NCBI GenBank assembly: GCA_948829205.1
Contig: CAQLOA010000001.1
Span: forward strand, 1-29,902
Reading direction: 5' to 3'
From: an uncultured Eggerthellaceae bacterium
Lineage (GTDB): Bacteria > Actinomycetota > Coriobacteriia > Coriobacteriales > Eggerthellaceae
Length of the DNA: 29,902 nt
The notes under the pieces are model-generated. The model was given only the letters and a program-made list of their open reading frames with translations. It had not been told where the DNA came from and did no database searches. Every line of letters begins with the position of its first letter. Position 1 is the first letter of the stretch. This document shows, piece by piece, positions 1 through 8,638 of the stretch. Position numbers and translations under genes: made by a program.

Positions 1-384
1 GTTGTACCCTGCTGCCTTCATTCCCTTTTGCATGCCTTCTATCCAACCGCGCAGGCCGGGATCGTGCTTGTCTGCATAGTACGACCAGACCTGCAGGTCG
101 GACTTCGTTAGTTCTTCGCCATACTGGGCGACAATCTTGCTCTTCAGCAACACGATGTTGCGATAAATCAGATCAGGAACCTGGGATGCGTACTGCTGGC
201 CCATCTCCTCGTTAGATCCAGACACCACGATCACAGGCGGCGTAGCGTCCGTAGCCATCGCCTCAGGAACTGGATTGTTGGCCGCCTTGGACTCGGTCGA
301 CGACGCCGCACCCGAGCATCCGCTCAGCGCGAAAACCATCACCGGCACCAGCAAGATTGCTAGCAGCGATCTTAGCTTCTTCAA
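1..384 (-). CDS. Lipoprotein, probable C45-family (Ntn-hydrolase/acyltransferase) peptidase; 3' end runs off the window
   Basis: Absent from the ORF track. My translation from TTG at 384 (RBS AAAGGAAG; alternative ATG at 411) is MKKLRSLLAILLVPVMVFALSGC|SGAASSTESK...VIVVSGSNEEMGQQYASQVPDLI...WIEGMQKG. It has a lipobox (LSGC), and the 'G..EMG.QY' and 'IEGM..G' segments resemble the C45 N-terminus. Confidence 0.7.
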   Translation of the reverse strand, partial: MKKLRSLLAILLVPVMVFALSGCSGAASSTESKAANNPVPEAMATDATPPVIVVSGSNEEMGQQYASQVPDLIYRNIVLLKSKIVAQYGEELTKSDLQVWSYYADKHDPGLRGWIEGMQKGMKAAGYN

Positions 385-552
385 TGTCGCACTTCCTTTC
401 TTCCTCTCCATAGGGAATCCAAGCGTATTCGCCTTTTCCTTTTACGGACGCCATCTCGCCACAGTCCGCGCAATCGAGATGCCTAGGGATTCCGTCCGTA
501 GAAATTGTGTCGATTTTATGAAAAGAATTAACACTGCGAAATTGTCTCCAGG

Positions 553-630
553 TACCCACTTTGGAGTAATTCACGACCCACATGAATATCTCATGCACCT
601 TTTTGATACCAACGTACTCAATTGATGGTA
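553..630. promoter_or_regulatory. Array of putative LuxR-type operator boxes (TAC-N10-GTA)
   Basis: TACCCACTTTGGAGTA (553-568) and TACTCAATTGATGGTA (615-630), with two degenerate boxes near 574 and 594 (~21-bp period), between divergent genes. Confidence 0.45.
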
Positions 631-721
631 TCCATCCGAGAAAGCCGACGTCATATTCAAACGAACGAATGCGATGTGCCTATAATGTTCCAAGCAAATC
701 AGGAGCTGGGACGGGTTTTTT

Positions 722-1513
722 ATGAGCGACTTGTTGGCGAAAGACTGGAAGAACATACTTGGAGTCGTCTACAGGATCAATTCCGCAAAAAGCATCGAGG
801 AGCTTCAAGCCGAAGCCCTGAAAAGCCTGCGATGCTCGGTTCCATTCCACCAAGGAATTTTCCATATATTCAAGAAATGTGGCGAGCAATTTGCGCTCTA
901 TAACGAGCCCGTAGTTGTTGGCGCAAAAGCGCTTTATTTGGACGAATTCAATCGCAAGTACGCAAACGCTGGCTTCTTCAGCTCAGGCTCGCTGATCAAT
1001 TCCGACGAGGTGTTTCGTGATACGGACATTTTTCCCGATGAAGAGCGCATACAAACCGACTGGTACCGCGAGATTTACGCAAAGCAAGGCATACATTACG
1101 CCATGCGATGCCAGATGACCAGGGATGGGCTTCTTATAGGAAGCCTCGACCTATTCAGGCAGATTCATGAAGACGATTTTTCCGACCAGGAGGTTCGCAT
1201 CGTCGAAACGCTCTCGCACCATTTGTCCTTGAAATTAAGCCAGCTGTTAGACGCCACCAACCATCAGGTTCCCGCCGTTTCAGCGCAAGGCAGGCTGGGG
1301 TCCCGCTATGGATTAACGGCGCGTGAATGCGACGTCGTTTTCGAAATTGCAAGCGGAGCACTTGACCAAGACGTGTCGAAGAAACTGTGCATCACTCCTT
1401 CGACTCTTAAGAAGCACGTGCACAACATCTATAAGAAGATGAACATCCGGAACCGGACACAGCTGTACGCCGTCGTCCAGGACATGCTTCACGCCACTCC
1501 CGATAGAAAATAG
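722..1513 (+). CDS. LuxR-family transcriptional regulator (GAF-like sensor domain plus C-terminal HTH)
   Basis: C-terminal LuxR HTH GLTARECDVV...ITPSTLKKHVHNIYKKMNIRNRTQL. The N-terminal region ends in GSLDLFR...DFSDQE, which is GAF-like. Confidence 0.9.
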   Translation: MSDLLAKDWKNILGVVYRINSAKSIEELQAEALKSLRCSVPFHQGIFHIFKKCGEQFALYNEPVVVGAKALYLDEFNRKYANAGFFSSGSLINSDEVFRDTDIFPDEERIQTDWYREIYAKQGIHYAMRCQMTRDGLLIGSLDLFRQIHEDDFSDQEVRIVETLSHHLSLKLSQLLDATNHQVPAVSAQGRLGSRYGLTARECDVVFEIASGALDQDVSKKLCITPSTLKKHVHNIYKKMNIRNRTQLYAVVQDMLHATPDRK

Positions 1514-1536
1514 GTCGTAGAAAGCGTCGGTCGGCT

Positions 1537-3492
1537 CTAAACGACTTCCTCGTCGTAGGCCTTGCCCTCGGCATCGGCACGCAGCTCGATTTCCGCCAGG
1601 TTCTCCATGGTGGAGCGGATGATGTCGCTGCGCGAAAGCGACCCCACCAGGTGCTTGTCCGCACCGGCCACCACCGGCACCTTCTTCAGGCGCTTCTCAG
1701 CCAACAGCTTGCAGGCGTCCTCCAGCGGGGTTTCCGCGTTCACGCAGATGGCGTTGGCCGTGGCGATCTTCATGACGTTCAGGTCGAGCAGCTTCGACAC
1801 GCGCACGGCAAGCCCCTCGTTGTCGGGCATCTGGTAGAGCATGTTGGTGGGGTCGAGCACCGTGATGTCGCTGCGCCCGATGTACTTCATGATGTCGCCA
1901 TCGGAGATGAAGCCGACCACCGACCGCGCGCCATCCACCACGGGCACGCCCGAGGTCTTGTTGGCGGCCAGGATCTGCGCGACGTCGCGGATGGTCGCAT
2001 CGTTGGTGACCGAATAGGGCTCGGCGTTCATCATGAGTCCCACGGTGATGACGTCACGCGGGTCGTCCGGCACCGGCGCCTGCTCCATGACGTAGGTCGC
2101 CTGGGAGCTGGGCTCGGTCTTGCGGTCGCGCACCATGACGAGGACCATCACGAATATGACGGCCAGCATGAGGGCCGTGAAGCAGAACGAGATGTGGATG
2201 CCCGCCATCTGCTGCTCGGCTGCCGGAAGGCCTGGGTAGAGGAACGCAGACGTGGCCGAAAGCGACACCAGGATGGCCGTTCCCAGCGACGCGCTTATCT
2301 GGTTGATGGTGTTGGCCGTGGCGTTTGCGTGCTGTATGACGCGGTTGTCAAGCGAGTTGATGCCCCATGTGTTGAGCGGCGTCATGGTGAACTCGAGGCC
2401 GAGCGCCAGAAGCGTGTACACGCACGTGACGAAGAGCAGCGGCGTTCCAAGGTTGAACGACACGAGGCCGACGACCCCCACGCAGGCGACAAACGTTCCC
2501 GGGACCGTCAGCTTGCGCACGCCGAACTTGTCGAACAACCGACCGGCCATCATGGCCGTTATGGCACCTATCACGGCACCCGGCAGCATTATCAGGCCGG
2601 TCTGCAACGGCGTGGCTCCCAGCAGGTTCTGCAAGAATATGGGAAGGAGCACGCCCGTGCCGACGAGCCCGGCCTGGAAGCACGCGACTATCATGACGGT
2701 GATGCGGTAGTTGCGCGTCTTCAGCACCTGCACGCGCAGGAACGGAACGGGAAGCTTCCCCTGCCTGCGCACGAAGAAGAACATCAGCACCACGCCGAAT
2801 GCGATCAGCACCAGGTTGAGCGCGACGTTGTCGCTCGAAGTGATCGACGACAGGCCGTACAGAAGGGACAGCAACCCGAAGGACGACAGCAGCACCGACA
2901 CCTTGTCGAACGTGGTGCGCTCGAAGTCGCCATGGTTCTTGAGGACGATGAAGGACGCGACTATCACCACCGCCGCGATGACGGCGACCACCACGAACAG
3001 CGCACGCCATCCGATGGTCTCGACCAGCACGCCCGAGGCCGAGGGCCCCACCGCGGGGGCGAACCCGATGATGAGGGACACAAGCCCCATTGCCGACCCG
3101 CGACGCTCCCTGGGGAAGATCAGCAGGATGACGGTGAACACCATGGGCATGACGAAGCCTGTCGCAGACGCCTGCAGCATGCGGCCGAGCAGCAGGAAGA
3201 TGAACATCGGCGCACAGGCCGCGAGCACGGTGCCCGCAGCGAAGATGCACAGGCCGCCTATGAAGAGCTGGCGCGTGCTGAACCTTCCCATGAGGTAGGC
3301 CGACAGCGGGATGATGATGGCCTCCACCAGCGAGTACCCACTGGTGAGCCACTGTACCGTGGTGGCGTCCACGTTCATGTCGCCCATGATCACAGGCAGC
3401 GCCGGCGAAAGCAGCGTCTGGTTAAGCACCACCAGAAGCGTGCCCGCCAAAAGCACCACGACAGTTCGCATCTGCTCGGAAGTAAGTCCCAT
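1537..3492 (-). CDS. DHA2/EmrB-QacA (LmrB-like) MFS efflux transporter fused to a C-terminal CBS pair
   Basis: Motifs LNQTLLSPALP, QWLTSGYSL, GRMLQA and APAVGP. CBS repeats SGVPVVD...VGFISDGDI and KKVPVV...VGSLSRSDI. Start set at ATG 3492 (RBS GAGGGTG) rather than the track's 3825. Confidence 0.9.
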   Translation of the reverse strand: MGLTSEQMRTVVVLLAGTLLVVLNQTLLSPALPVIMGDMNVDATTVQWLTSGYSLVEAIIIPLSAYLMGRFSTRQLFIGGLCIFAAGTVLAACAPMFIFLLLGRMLQASATGFVMPMVFTVILLIFPRERRGSAMGLVSLIIGFAPAVGPSASGVLVETIGWRALFVVVAVIAAVVIVASFIVLKNHGDFERTTFDKVSVLLSSFGLLSLLYGLSSITSSDNVALNLVLIAFGVVLMFFFVRRQGKLPVPFLRVQVLKTRNYRITVMIVACFQAGLVGTGVLLPIFLQNLLGATPLQTGLIMLPGAVIGAITAMMAGRLFDKFGVRKLTVPGTFVACVGVVGLVSFNLGTPLLFVTCVYTLLALGLEFTMTPLNTWGINSLDNRVIQHANATANTINQISASLGTAILVSLSATSAFLYPGLPAAEQQMAGIHISFCFTALMLAVIFVMVLVMVRDRKTEPSSQATYVMEQAPVPDDPRDVITVGLMMNAEPYSVTNDATIRDVAQILAANKTSGVPVVDGARSVVGFISDGDIMKYIGRSDITVLDPTNMLYQMPDNEGLAVRVSKLLDLNVMKIATANAICVNAETPLEDACKLLAEKRLKKVPVVAGADKHLVGSLSRSDIIRSTMENLAEIELRADAEGKAYDEEVV

Positions 3493-3514
3493 GTAAATCA
3501 CCCTCGTCTTGCTC

Positions 3515-3569
3515 AAGAAAAAGAAACGTGCGCCCCATTCGCAACAAGCATCACAGAATGGGGAGCACG
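3515..3569 (-). terminator. Intrinsic terminator-like hairpin in the MFS-CBS leader (possible attenuator)
   Basis: 14-bp stem with 1 mismatch (3527-3540/3556-3569), followed on the minus strand by TTTCTTTTTCTT. Confidence 0.55.
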
Positions 3570-3670
3570 CATTCGTAGACCGTGAAGCGTTCCATTGTAA
3601 GACAAAACCCCCGCAAGATAAAGGATGATGCGAAGGCAAAACAAAGCTAGAGCGCCAAATCATGCGAGGC

Positions 3671-3796
3671 GATGGGGCCGGGTCTGGAGAGGTGGAGGCG
3701 AGGTAAGCCAAAGGAGCCGAGAAATCCACTCGGCGTAGCCGAGTTAGTTCGAGGCGACGACGCGTCGAGCGTAACCTCTCCAGGTCCGGCCCCATC
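3671..3796 (+). ncRNA. Unidentified structured element (long closing stem, internal hairpins); ncRNA or dispersed repeat
   Basis: 23-bp closing stem (3671-3693/3774-3796) with two G-U pairs on the + strand and an inner hairpin GCCGAG/CTCGGC. A 36-nt core recurs at 23235-23270. Confidence 0.4.
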
Positions 3797-3885
3797 CTAC
3801 TTGGTTCCGTTACATGCAGGGTCACAACTCAACTACACATGCCGGACGCAAGGCGACGGACGAGACTACTGGCTATAATTTTCAC

Positions 3886-4974
3886 GTGAAGAAAAACCGC
3901 AACATAGGCCTTATCATCGCCGGCCTGGTCATCGTGATCGTGCTGGCCGTGGTCTTCATGCGCGGGGACCAGCTGAAGGAATTCATCGACGCCGTCAAGA
4001 AGGGTTCGCCCTACCTGTTGCTTCTGGCGGTAGCCGCGCAGCTTGGCAAGTACGCGGCGCAGGGCTTCGGCTTCAAGGCGTGCTTCCATGCCGTCGATGC
4101 GAAGATAGACTTCAAGATGGGCCTGGGCCTGGTGTTCGGCACGTTCTTCGTCAACACCATAGCCCCGTCGCTCAACCTTGCCGGCACCTCGTTGGTGGTC
4201 GACCGCGGCCACAAGGAAGGCATCCCCGCCGGCAAGTGCACCAGCGCCGCCTTCCTGATGCAGCTGTGCATCGACTCGGGCTTCGTGATGATCATGCTGA
4301 TATCGTTCGGCATACTCAGCTTCACCGTGGGGCTTCAGCCAGGGTGGTTCCTGTTGGGGCTCGTCGCCATAGCGCTTGCGGGCGGCCTCGCCACCGTGAT
4401 GTTCCTCGGCGGCACCAGGCCGCATCTGGTCCTGAAGGTGCTGAAGCCCATCGAAAGGCTCGTCGACAAGGTGCTCAAGAAGCTCAAGAAGGGCCCGATC
4501 GACCCCTGGGCCGAGCGCACCGTGGAATCGTTCTCGGAGTCGTCGAAGCAGATCGTGCGCACGCCGAAGCGCACCCTTGCAGCGTTCGGCTGCTCGCTGA
4601 TAGCATCCGCCTGCGAGGTGACATGCTTTGCGCTGGTGGGCGTCGCGTTCGGCATACACAACATCGAGGCCTTGGTATGCGGCTACGTTCTGGCGACGCT
4701 GTTCGCCATGGTGTCGATCGTCCCCCAGGGCGTAGGCGTCGTCGAAGCGGCGGTGATGGTGGGCTTCGGCCTGTTCGGCGTCAACACCGCAGCCGGAATG
4801 GCCACCGTCATGGTCTATCGCGGAATAGTCTTCTGGCTTCCGTTCCTCGTCGGCGCCATAGTCATCCAGCGCATGGGCTTCCGTCGCGGCGGCAAGGGCA
4901 AAGGCCCCAAGGAGCCCGCGGAAAAGAAAAAGCCTTCCGGGACGGAAGCGAGTTCCGAAACCCAGAAGGCTTGA
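3886..4974 (+). CDS. Lysylphosphatidylglycerol synthase TM-domain (flippase-like, UPF0104) membrane protein
   Basis: Multi-TM protein with FVNTIAPS, PQGVGVVEA and YRGIVFWLPF. GTG at 3886 lies 6 nt after TATAAT (leaderless geometry). Confidence 0.85.
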   Translation: MKKNRNIGLIIAGLVIVIVLAVVFMRGDQLKEFIDAVKKGSPYLLLLAVAAQLGKYAAQGFGFKACFHAVDAKIDFKMGLGLVFGTFFVNTIAPSLNLAGTSLVVDRGHKEGIPAGKCTSAAFLMQLCIDSGFVMIMLISFGILSFTVGLQPGWFLLGLVAIALAGGLATVMFLGGTRPHLVLKVLKPIERLVDKVLKKLKKGPIDPWAERTVESFSESSKQIVRTPKRTLAAFGCSLIASACEVTCFALVGVAFGIHNIEALVCGYVLATLFAMVSIVPQGVGVVEAAVMVGFGLFGVNTAAGMATVMVYRGIVFWLPFLVGAIVIQRMGFRRGGKGKGPKEPAEKKKPSGTEASSETQKA

Positions 4975-5046
4975 CACAACATGCCTTGAACGGGGCACAT
5001 GCCTCTCTCAATCCGATTCGGCACGCCATCAATATGAATTCGCGCC

Positions 5047-5601
5047 TTACTCGTCCTTGACGGGCTCGCCGAACTCCTCAGCGTTCTCGCGTTCGAGCCT
5101 CTCGCCCTCCTCGACGGTGTCGATTCCTTCAGTAGCTTTCTTCTCGTCGGTCATGACGGCCTCCTTCATGAAGTTGGGAGCCTTTCCGATGAACGACGCC
5201 GTGGTGCTCACCTTGGGCTTCCCGTCCTCGCCAACGGTGTACAGATACCCGATCGCATAGCCGGTGTCGGCGCCAGGAACGCCGCCCTCGGCGATGATCG
5301 CGTCTTTCATCCCCTCGCTCGAGTCAAGGTACCCGTCGTAGCAGAAGGCGTACGACTTTGCGCCCTTCGCGCCCTCCACCTCGTGCTTTGCCATGGCGTA
5401 GCACTCCTGCGCGTTTCCGCCGGCATGCTGATGCGTGAACGGGGTGTCTCCCACCAACAGCACCGTGAACGGCACCAGCATCTTGCCGTCGTTCAGCAGG
5501 TCGCGGCCGGCATTGAGCGCATAGACAAGCACGTGGTTCAGCTCGTCGGGCATGTTTGGGACGTTGTTCTCGTTTGGAACGTCGATAACTCTGTCAGCCA
5601 T
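5047..5601 (-). CDS. Hypothetical acidic protein (184 aa)
   Basis: ATG at 5601 with RBS AAGGAGAAGG and host-like codon usage. Motif YAFCYDGY...DAIIAEGG is of unknown family. Confidence 0.75.
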   Translation of the reverse strand: MADRVIDVPNENNVPNMPDELNHVLVYALNAGRDLLNDGKMLVPFTVLLVGDTPFTHQHAGGNAQECYAMAKHEVEGAKGAKSYAFCYDGYLDSSEGMKDAIIAEGGVPGADTGYAIGYLYTVGEDGKPKVSTTASFIGKAPNFMKEAVMTDEKKATEGIDTVEEGERLERENAEEFGEPVKDE

Positions 5602-5764
5602 TCGGCATCCTTCCTCCTTGTTGCATTCGACTAGTCTAGCGCAACTGCCAACCCGCGGCCGCCGCGGGCATCCAAACCGTTGACTGTCGGGCATCCGGCC
5701 CGGCTCGAAAGAACCGGCCGCACGGGCCGAGCGCCATCCCGTCCTCATCGAAGGCGCGGGAGGC

Positions 5765-7135
5765 CTAGCCCTTTATCTCGGCCACCACCTCGTAGGCATC
5801 CGACCGCACGTCCCTCTTTATTATGCGGAAGCACAGCAGCGCCGTGACCGGAACCATAACCGCCATGGCTCCGCCCATGTCGAAGCTGGCAAGGCTTCCC
5901 CACACTTCCACGACCACGCCCGCCAGCGAAGGGCCCACGGCCAGCCCCAACGTGCACCCTGCGTTTATCCACGTGATCGCCTCGGTCAGCCGCCTTCCCG
6001 GCACCGCGCGTTCGCAGGCGGCGTTTGCGGTGATGAGGAACGGCGCGTAGAAGACCGCGCCCACGAACGACACCGCGAAGAAGGTGGGAACGTCGAAGAC
6101 CAGGGCCAGCGAGCCGTATGCCACGCCGATAAAGACGGCGAACAGCACGACCTGCTTGTACGGCGCGATGCCTATGCGCACCATTCCGAACACGAAGCCG
6201 ACGGCAACCGACACCAGCGCCGATCCCATAAGCGCGATGCTCGCGATGTTGGGGTCGCCCATCTCTTCCGCAAACGCGACCCCGGTGGTGTCGAAGATCC
6301 CGTAGAACGAGCCCACGAAGAACATCAGCGCGAACAATACGCGCACGACCGGATACTCCCGGATGACGCTCTTGGCCTTCCTTGCGCCTCCCGAAGCGGA
6401 AGTCGCGCCGGAAGAATCCGGAGCCTCGGAATCCCCATCTTCTTCCAGCTGACCCGAGGAAGGACCCCCCGGCTTCGGCGCGTCCGTCCCGACTTGCGCG
6501 TCCGCGGCCGTCCATCCCGGCACTGGCTCGGTGGACCGCGAGAACGTCATCACGGCCGACCCCACGGCGAACAGGACCCCACCGGAAAACAGTCCCGCAA
6601 TGGGCGCGACTGCCGTGGCTATCGCGATGGAGGCCGGCGGCCCCAGCATGAACCCTATGTCGTCTATCACTCCCTCGTACGAGAAGATCGTGCGGATGTC
6701 GGGCGCATTCCTCCCAAGCCTGCCCGTGCGCAACAGGTAGGTCCAGCGCGAGCGCACCAAGGCCTGGGCGTTGGGGATGAACCCCATGAACAACGCCGAC
6801 AGGTAAAGCAGAGGTTCGGGCCCGTGCAGCTGAGCCGTGACCAGCATGCCCGCCAGCCCCACCAGCGTGATGGAGGAGGCCACCGGAACCACGCGGTGCT
6901 GCCCATATTCATCGACCAGCTTGCCGATTCGCGGCGAAACGACGAACACCATGAAGGCGACCGCCGACGAGACGAACCCGGCCGTCAGCACCGAATAGCC
7001 TGCAAGCGTCAGCATGGCGACGGTGCCGATGTTCATCATGTAGCCGTAGAAGCGCATGCAAAAGCCCGCGATGTCGAACCATCGCGCCTCGCGAACCGCA
7101 AGGATGGACCTGTAGACGCCGGGGCCTGACGACAT
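5765..7135 (-). CDS. MFS transporter
   Basis: About 12 hydrophobic segments, motif-A-like PRIGKLVDEYG, and a long central loop. Confidence 0.88.
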   Translation of the reverse strand: MSSGPGVYRSILAVREARWFDIAGFCMRFYGYMMNIGTVAMLTLAGYSVLTAGFVSSAVAFMVFVVSPRIGKLVDEYGQHRVVPVASSITLVGLAGMLVTAQLHGPEPLLYLSALFMGFIPNAQALVRSRWTYLLRTGRLGRNAPDIRTIFSYEGVIDDIGFMLGPPASIAIATAVAPIAGLFSGGVLFAVGSAVMTFSRSTEPVPGWTAADAQVGTDAPKPGGPSSGQLEEDGDSEAPDSSGATSASGGARKAKSVIREYPVVRVLFALMFFVGSFYGIFDTTGVAFAEEMGDPNIASIALMGSALVSVAVGFVFGMVRIGIAPYKQVVLFAVFIGVAYGSLALVFDVPTFFAVSFVGAVFYAPFLITANAACERAVPGRRLTEAITWINAGCTLGLAVGPSLAGVVVEVWGSLASFDMGGAMAVMVPVTALLCFRIIKRDVRSDAYEVVAEIKG

Positions 7136-7150
7136 GGAACCGCCTGCCGG

Positions 7151-7972
7151 TCAGCTTCCGAACTGCATGTAGTAGCTGCCCGCATTCTCGACGACCTCGA
7201 TGGGCACGCCGAAAAGCTCGGATATGTTGCCGCCGGTGAGGATCTTGGGCTTGCTACCTGCCATTTCTATGCGGCCATCCTTCAGAAGCACGACGCGCTC
7301 GATTTCCGGAACGACGTCCTCGAGGTAATGCGTCACCAGGATGATGGCACGGCCACTTGCCGCCAACTTGCTTATGGTGCGTCGCACGTAGTACATGCCC
7401 TCGGGGTCGAGCCCCGAACAGGGCTCGTCGAACACCAGAACGTCGGGCTCGTTCACCAGGGCGCGCGCTATCAACACGCGTCGCGCCTGACCGGTGGAAA
7501 GCGTCAGGATGTCGCGCTTGGCGAGGTCGGAGATGCCCAGCTCGTCCATCGCACGGTGCGCCGTGTCCATCTGCTGCGGCGTGGCCTTTCGGCGGACGGG
7601 CACACCAAGCGCGCCGAACAGGCCGCCGACCACCACCTCTTCCGCAGGAAGATGGACGCGGATCTGGTCCTGCATGGTGGACGACACCACGCCTGTGCAG
7701 CTTTTGGCCTCGGCAAGGGTCATACGCGGATCGCCGCGGAACACCACTGGCGGATCGTCCCTGTGCAGCGGGAACACCTCGCGGGTTACCAGGCCGACGA
7801 AGGTGGACTTTCCCGACCCGTTGGGCCCCAGGATCGCAATGGACTCGCCTTCCGCGACCGAGAACTCGTCTATGTCCAGGATGAGCTTGCCGGCGCGGCG
7901 CACCTGCGCATCGCGCATCTGCAGCAGCGGTGCGCTTGCGCAGCCGCATTCGTTGTTGTTTTCCACATGCAT
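7151..7972 (-). CDS. ABC transporter ATP-binding protein (ModF/YlmA-like)
   Basis: Walker A GPNGSGKS, signature LSTGQ, Walker B VLVFDEP, H-loop LVTH. The ATG lies 6 nt after TACAAT. Confidence 0.9.
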   Translation of the reverse strand: MHVENNNECGCASAPLLQMRDAQVRRAGKLILDIDEFSVAEGESIAILGPNGSGKSTFVGLVTREVFPLHRDDPPVVFRGDPRMTLAEAKSCTGVVSSTMQDQIRVHLPAEEVVVGGLFGALGVPVRRKATPQQMDTAHRAMDELGISDLAKRDILTLSTGQARRVLIARALVNEPDVLVFDEPCSGLDPEGMYYVRRTISKLAASGRAIILVTHYLEDVVPEIERVVLLKDGRIEMAGSKPKILTGGNISELFGVPIEVVENAGSYYMQFGS

Positions 7973-8019
7973 GTACCGATTGTATCGCGAAGGACGCGGA
8001 ATGCAGGCCTCCTGGTGCA

Positions 8020-8150
8020 GGAGGGCATGTCAGACGTCGTCTCGAATCGCTTAAGGACCGCAAACCGTCGCGCATGGCTTCCGGCTCAGGGAGGATTCAG
8101 CAGCGGGCAAGCATCGCTTTAGGTCCGGCATAGTCCTCGACACGTCCTCC
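8020..8150. ncRNA. Candidate rod-shaped structured RNA (6S-like architecture), unverified
   Basis: Closing stem 8020-8031/8139-8150, an internal bubble, GGACC/GGTCC (8055-8059/8122-8126) and further apical pairing. A TTGAAA-17-GATTCT promoter-like element lies upstream on the minus strand. Confidence 0.3.
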
Positions 8151-8302
8151 GTTAATCAAAAGAATCAGTTGCGGAGCGTAGGATTTCAAAAGAGAAAGCC
8201 GAGCGTGACGCAGACGAGAGGAGCGCCTATGCCCAAGCGAATTCACTATTTTGTCTTATCGACATGGCCTTCGAAGTCGACCGTCCAATAGCTTGGGCAT
8301 CA

Positions 8303-8322
8303 TGTATAATATGATATACAGT
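8303..8322 (+). promoter_or_regulatory. TA operator palindrome and -10 region
   Basis: TGTATA-N6-TATACA (8303-8320) overlaps both TATAAT (8305-8310) and TACAGT (8317-8322). Confidence 0.55.
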
Positions 8323-8625
8323 ACCGACGGGATCGAAATCCTCCAGACCGACGAGTTCGCAAAATGGCTTGGAAGACTGAATGACCCTGAAGCGCGAGCC
8401 CGGATAAACATCCGCATCACGCGCGTTTCGCTTACAGGAAACTTTGGAGACGTAAAGCCCGTAGGCAATGGCGTGAACGAAATGAGGATAGGCTACGGGC
8501 CTGGATATAGGATTTATTATGCACAGCGCGGAGACCGCACCATTCTGTTGTTGTGCGGTGGCGTCAAAGCCACGCAGCGCGCGGACATAGCCAAGTCGAA
8601 GAGGATCAACAACATTTACGAGTGA
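8311..8625 (+). CDS. RelE/HigB-like addiction-module killer toxin (start uncertain, possibly inactivated)
   Basis: FAKWL..L.D..ARARI..RI, GNFGDVKPVGNGVNEMRIGYGPGYRIYY and LLLCGG are typical of this family. The toxin gene comes first in the pair. Confidence 0.85.
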   Translation: MIYSTDGIEILQTDEFAKWLGRLNDPEARARINIRITRVSLTGNFGDVKPVGNGVNEMRIGYGPGYRIYYAQRGDRTILLLCGGVKATQRADIAKSKRINNIYE

Positions 8626-8638
8626 GAGAGGCCACGTC

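Noticed and set aside
1651..3585. Long antisense ORFs (644 aa here; also 13837-15126, 17218-18588, 18471-19832, 20755-22185)
   Set aside because: Shadow frames opposite real high-GC genes, with His/Arg/Gly-rich composition and no motifs.
8085..8108. SRP RNA-like TCAGG...AGCAGC motif
   Set aside because: The spacer is 8 nt without a GNRA-type loop and the flanking bases do not pair as in SRP helix 8.
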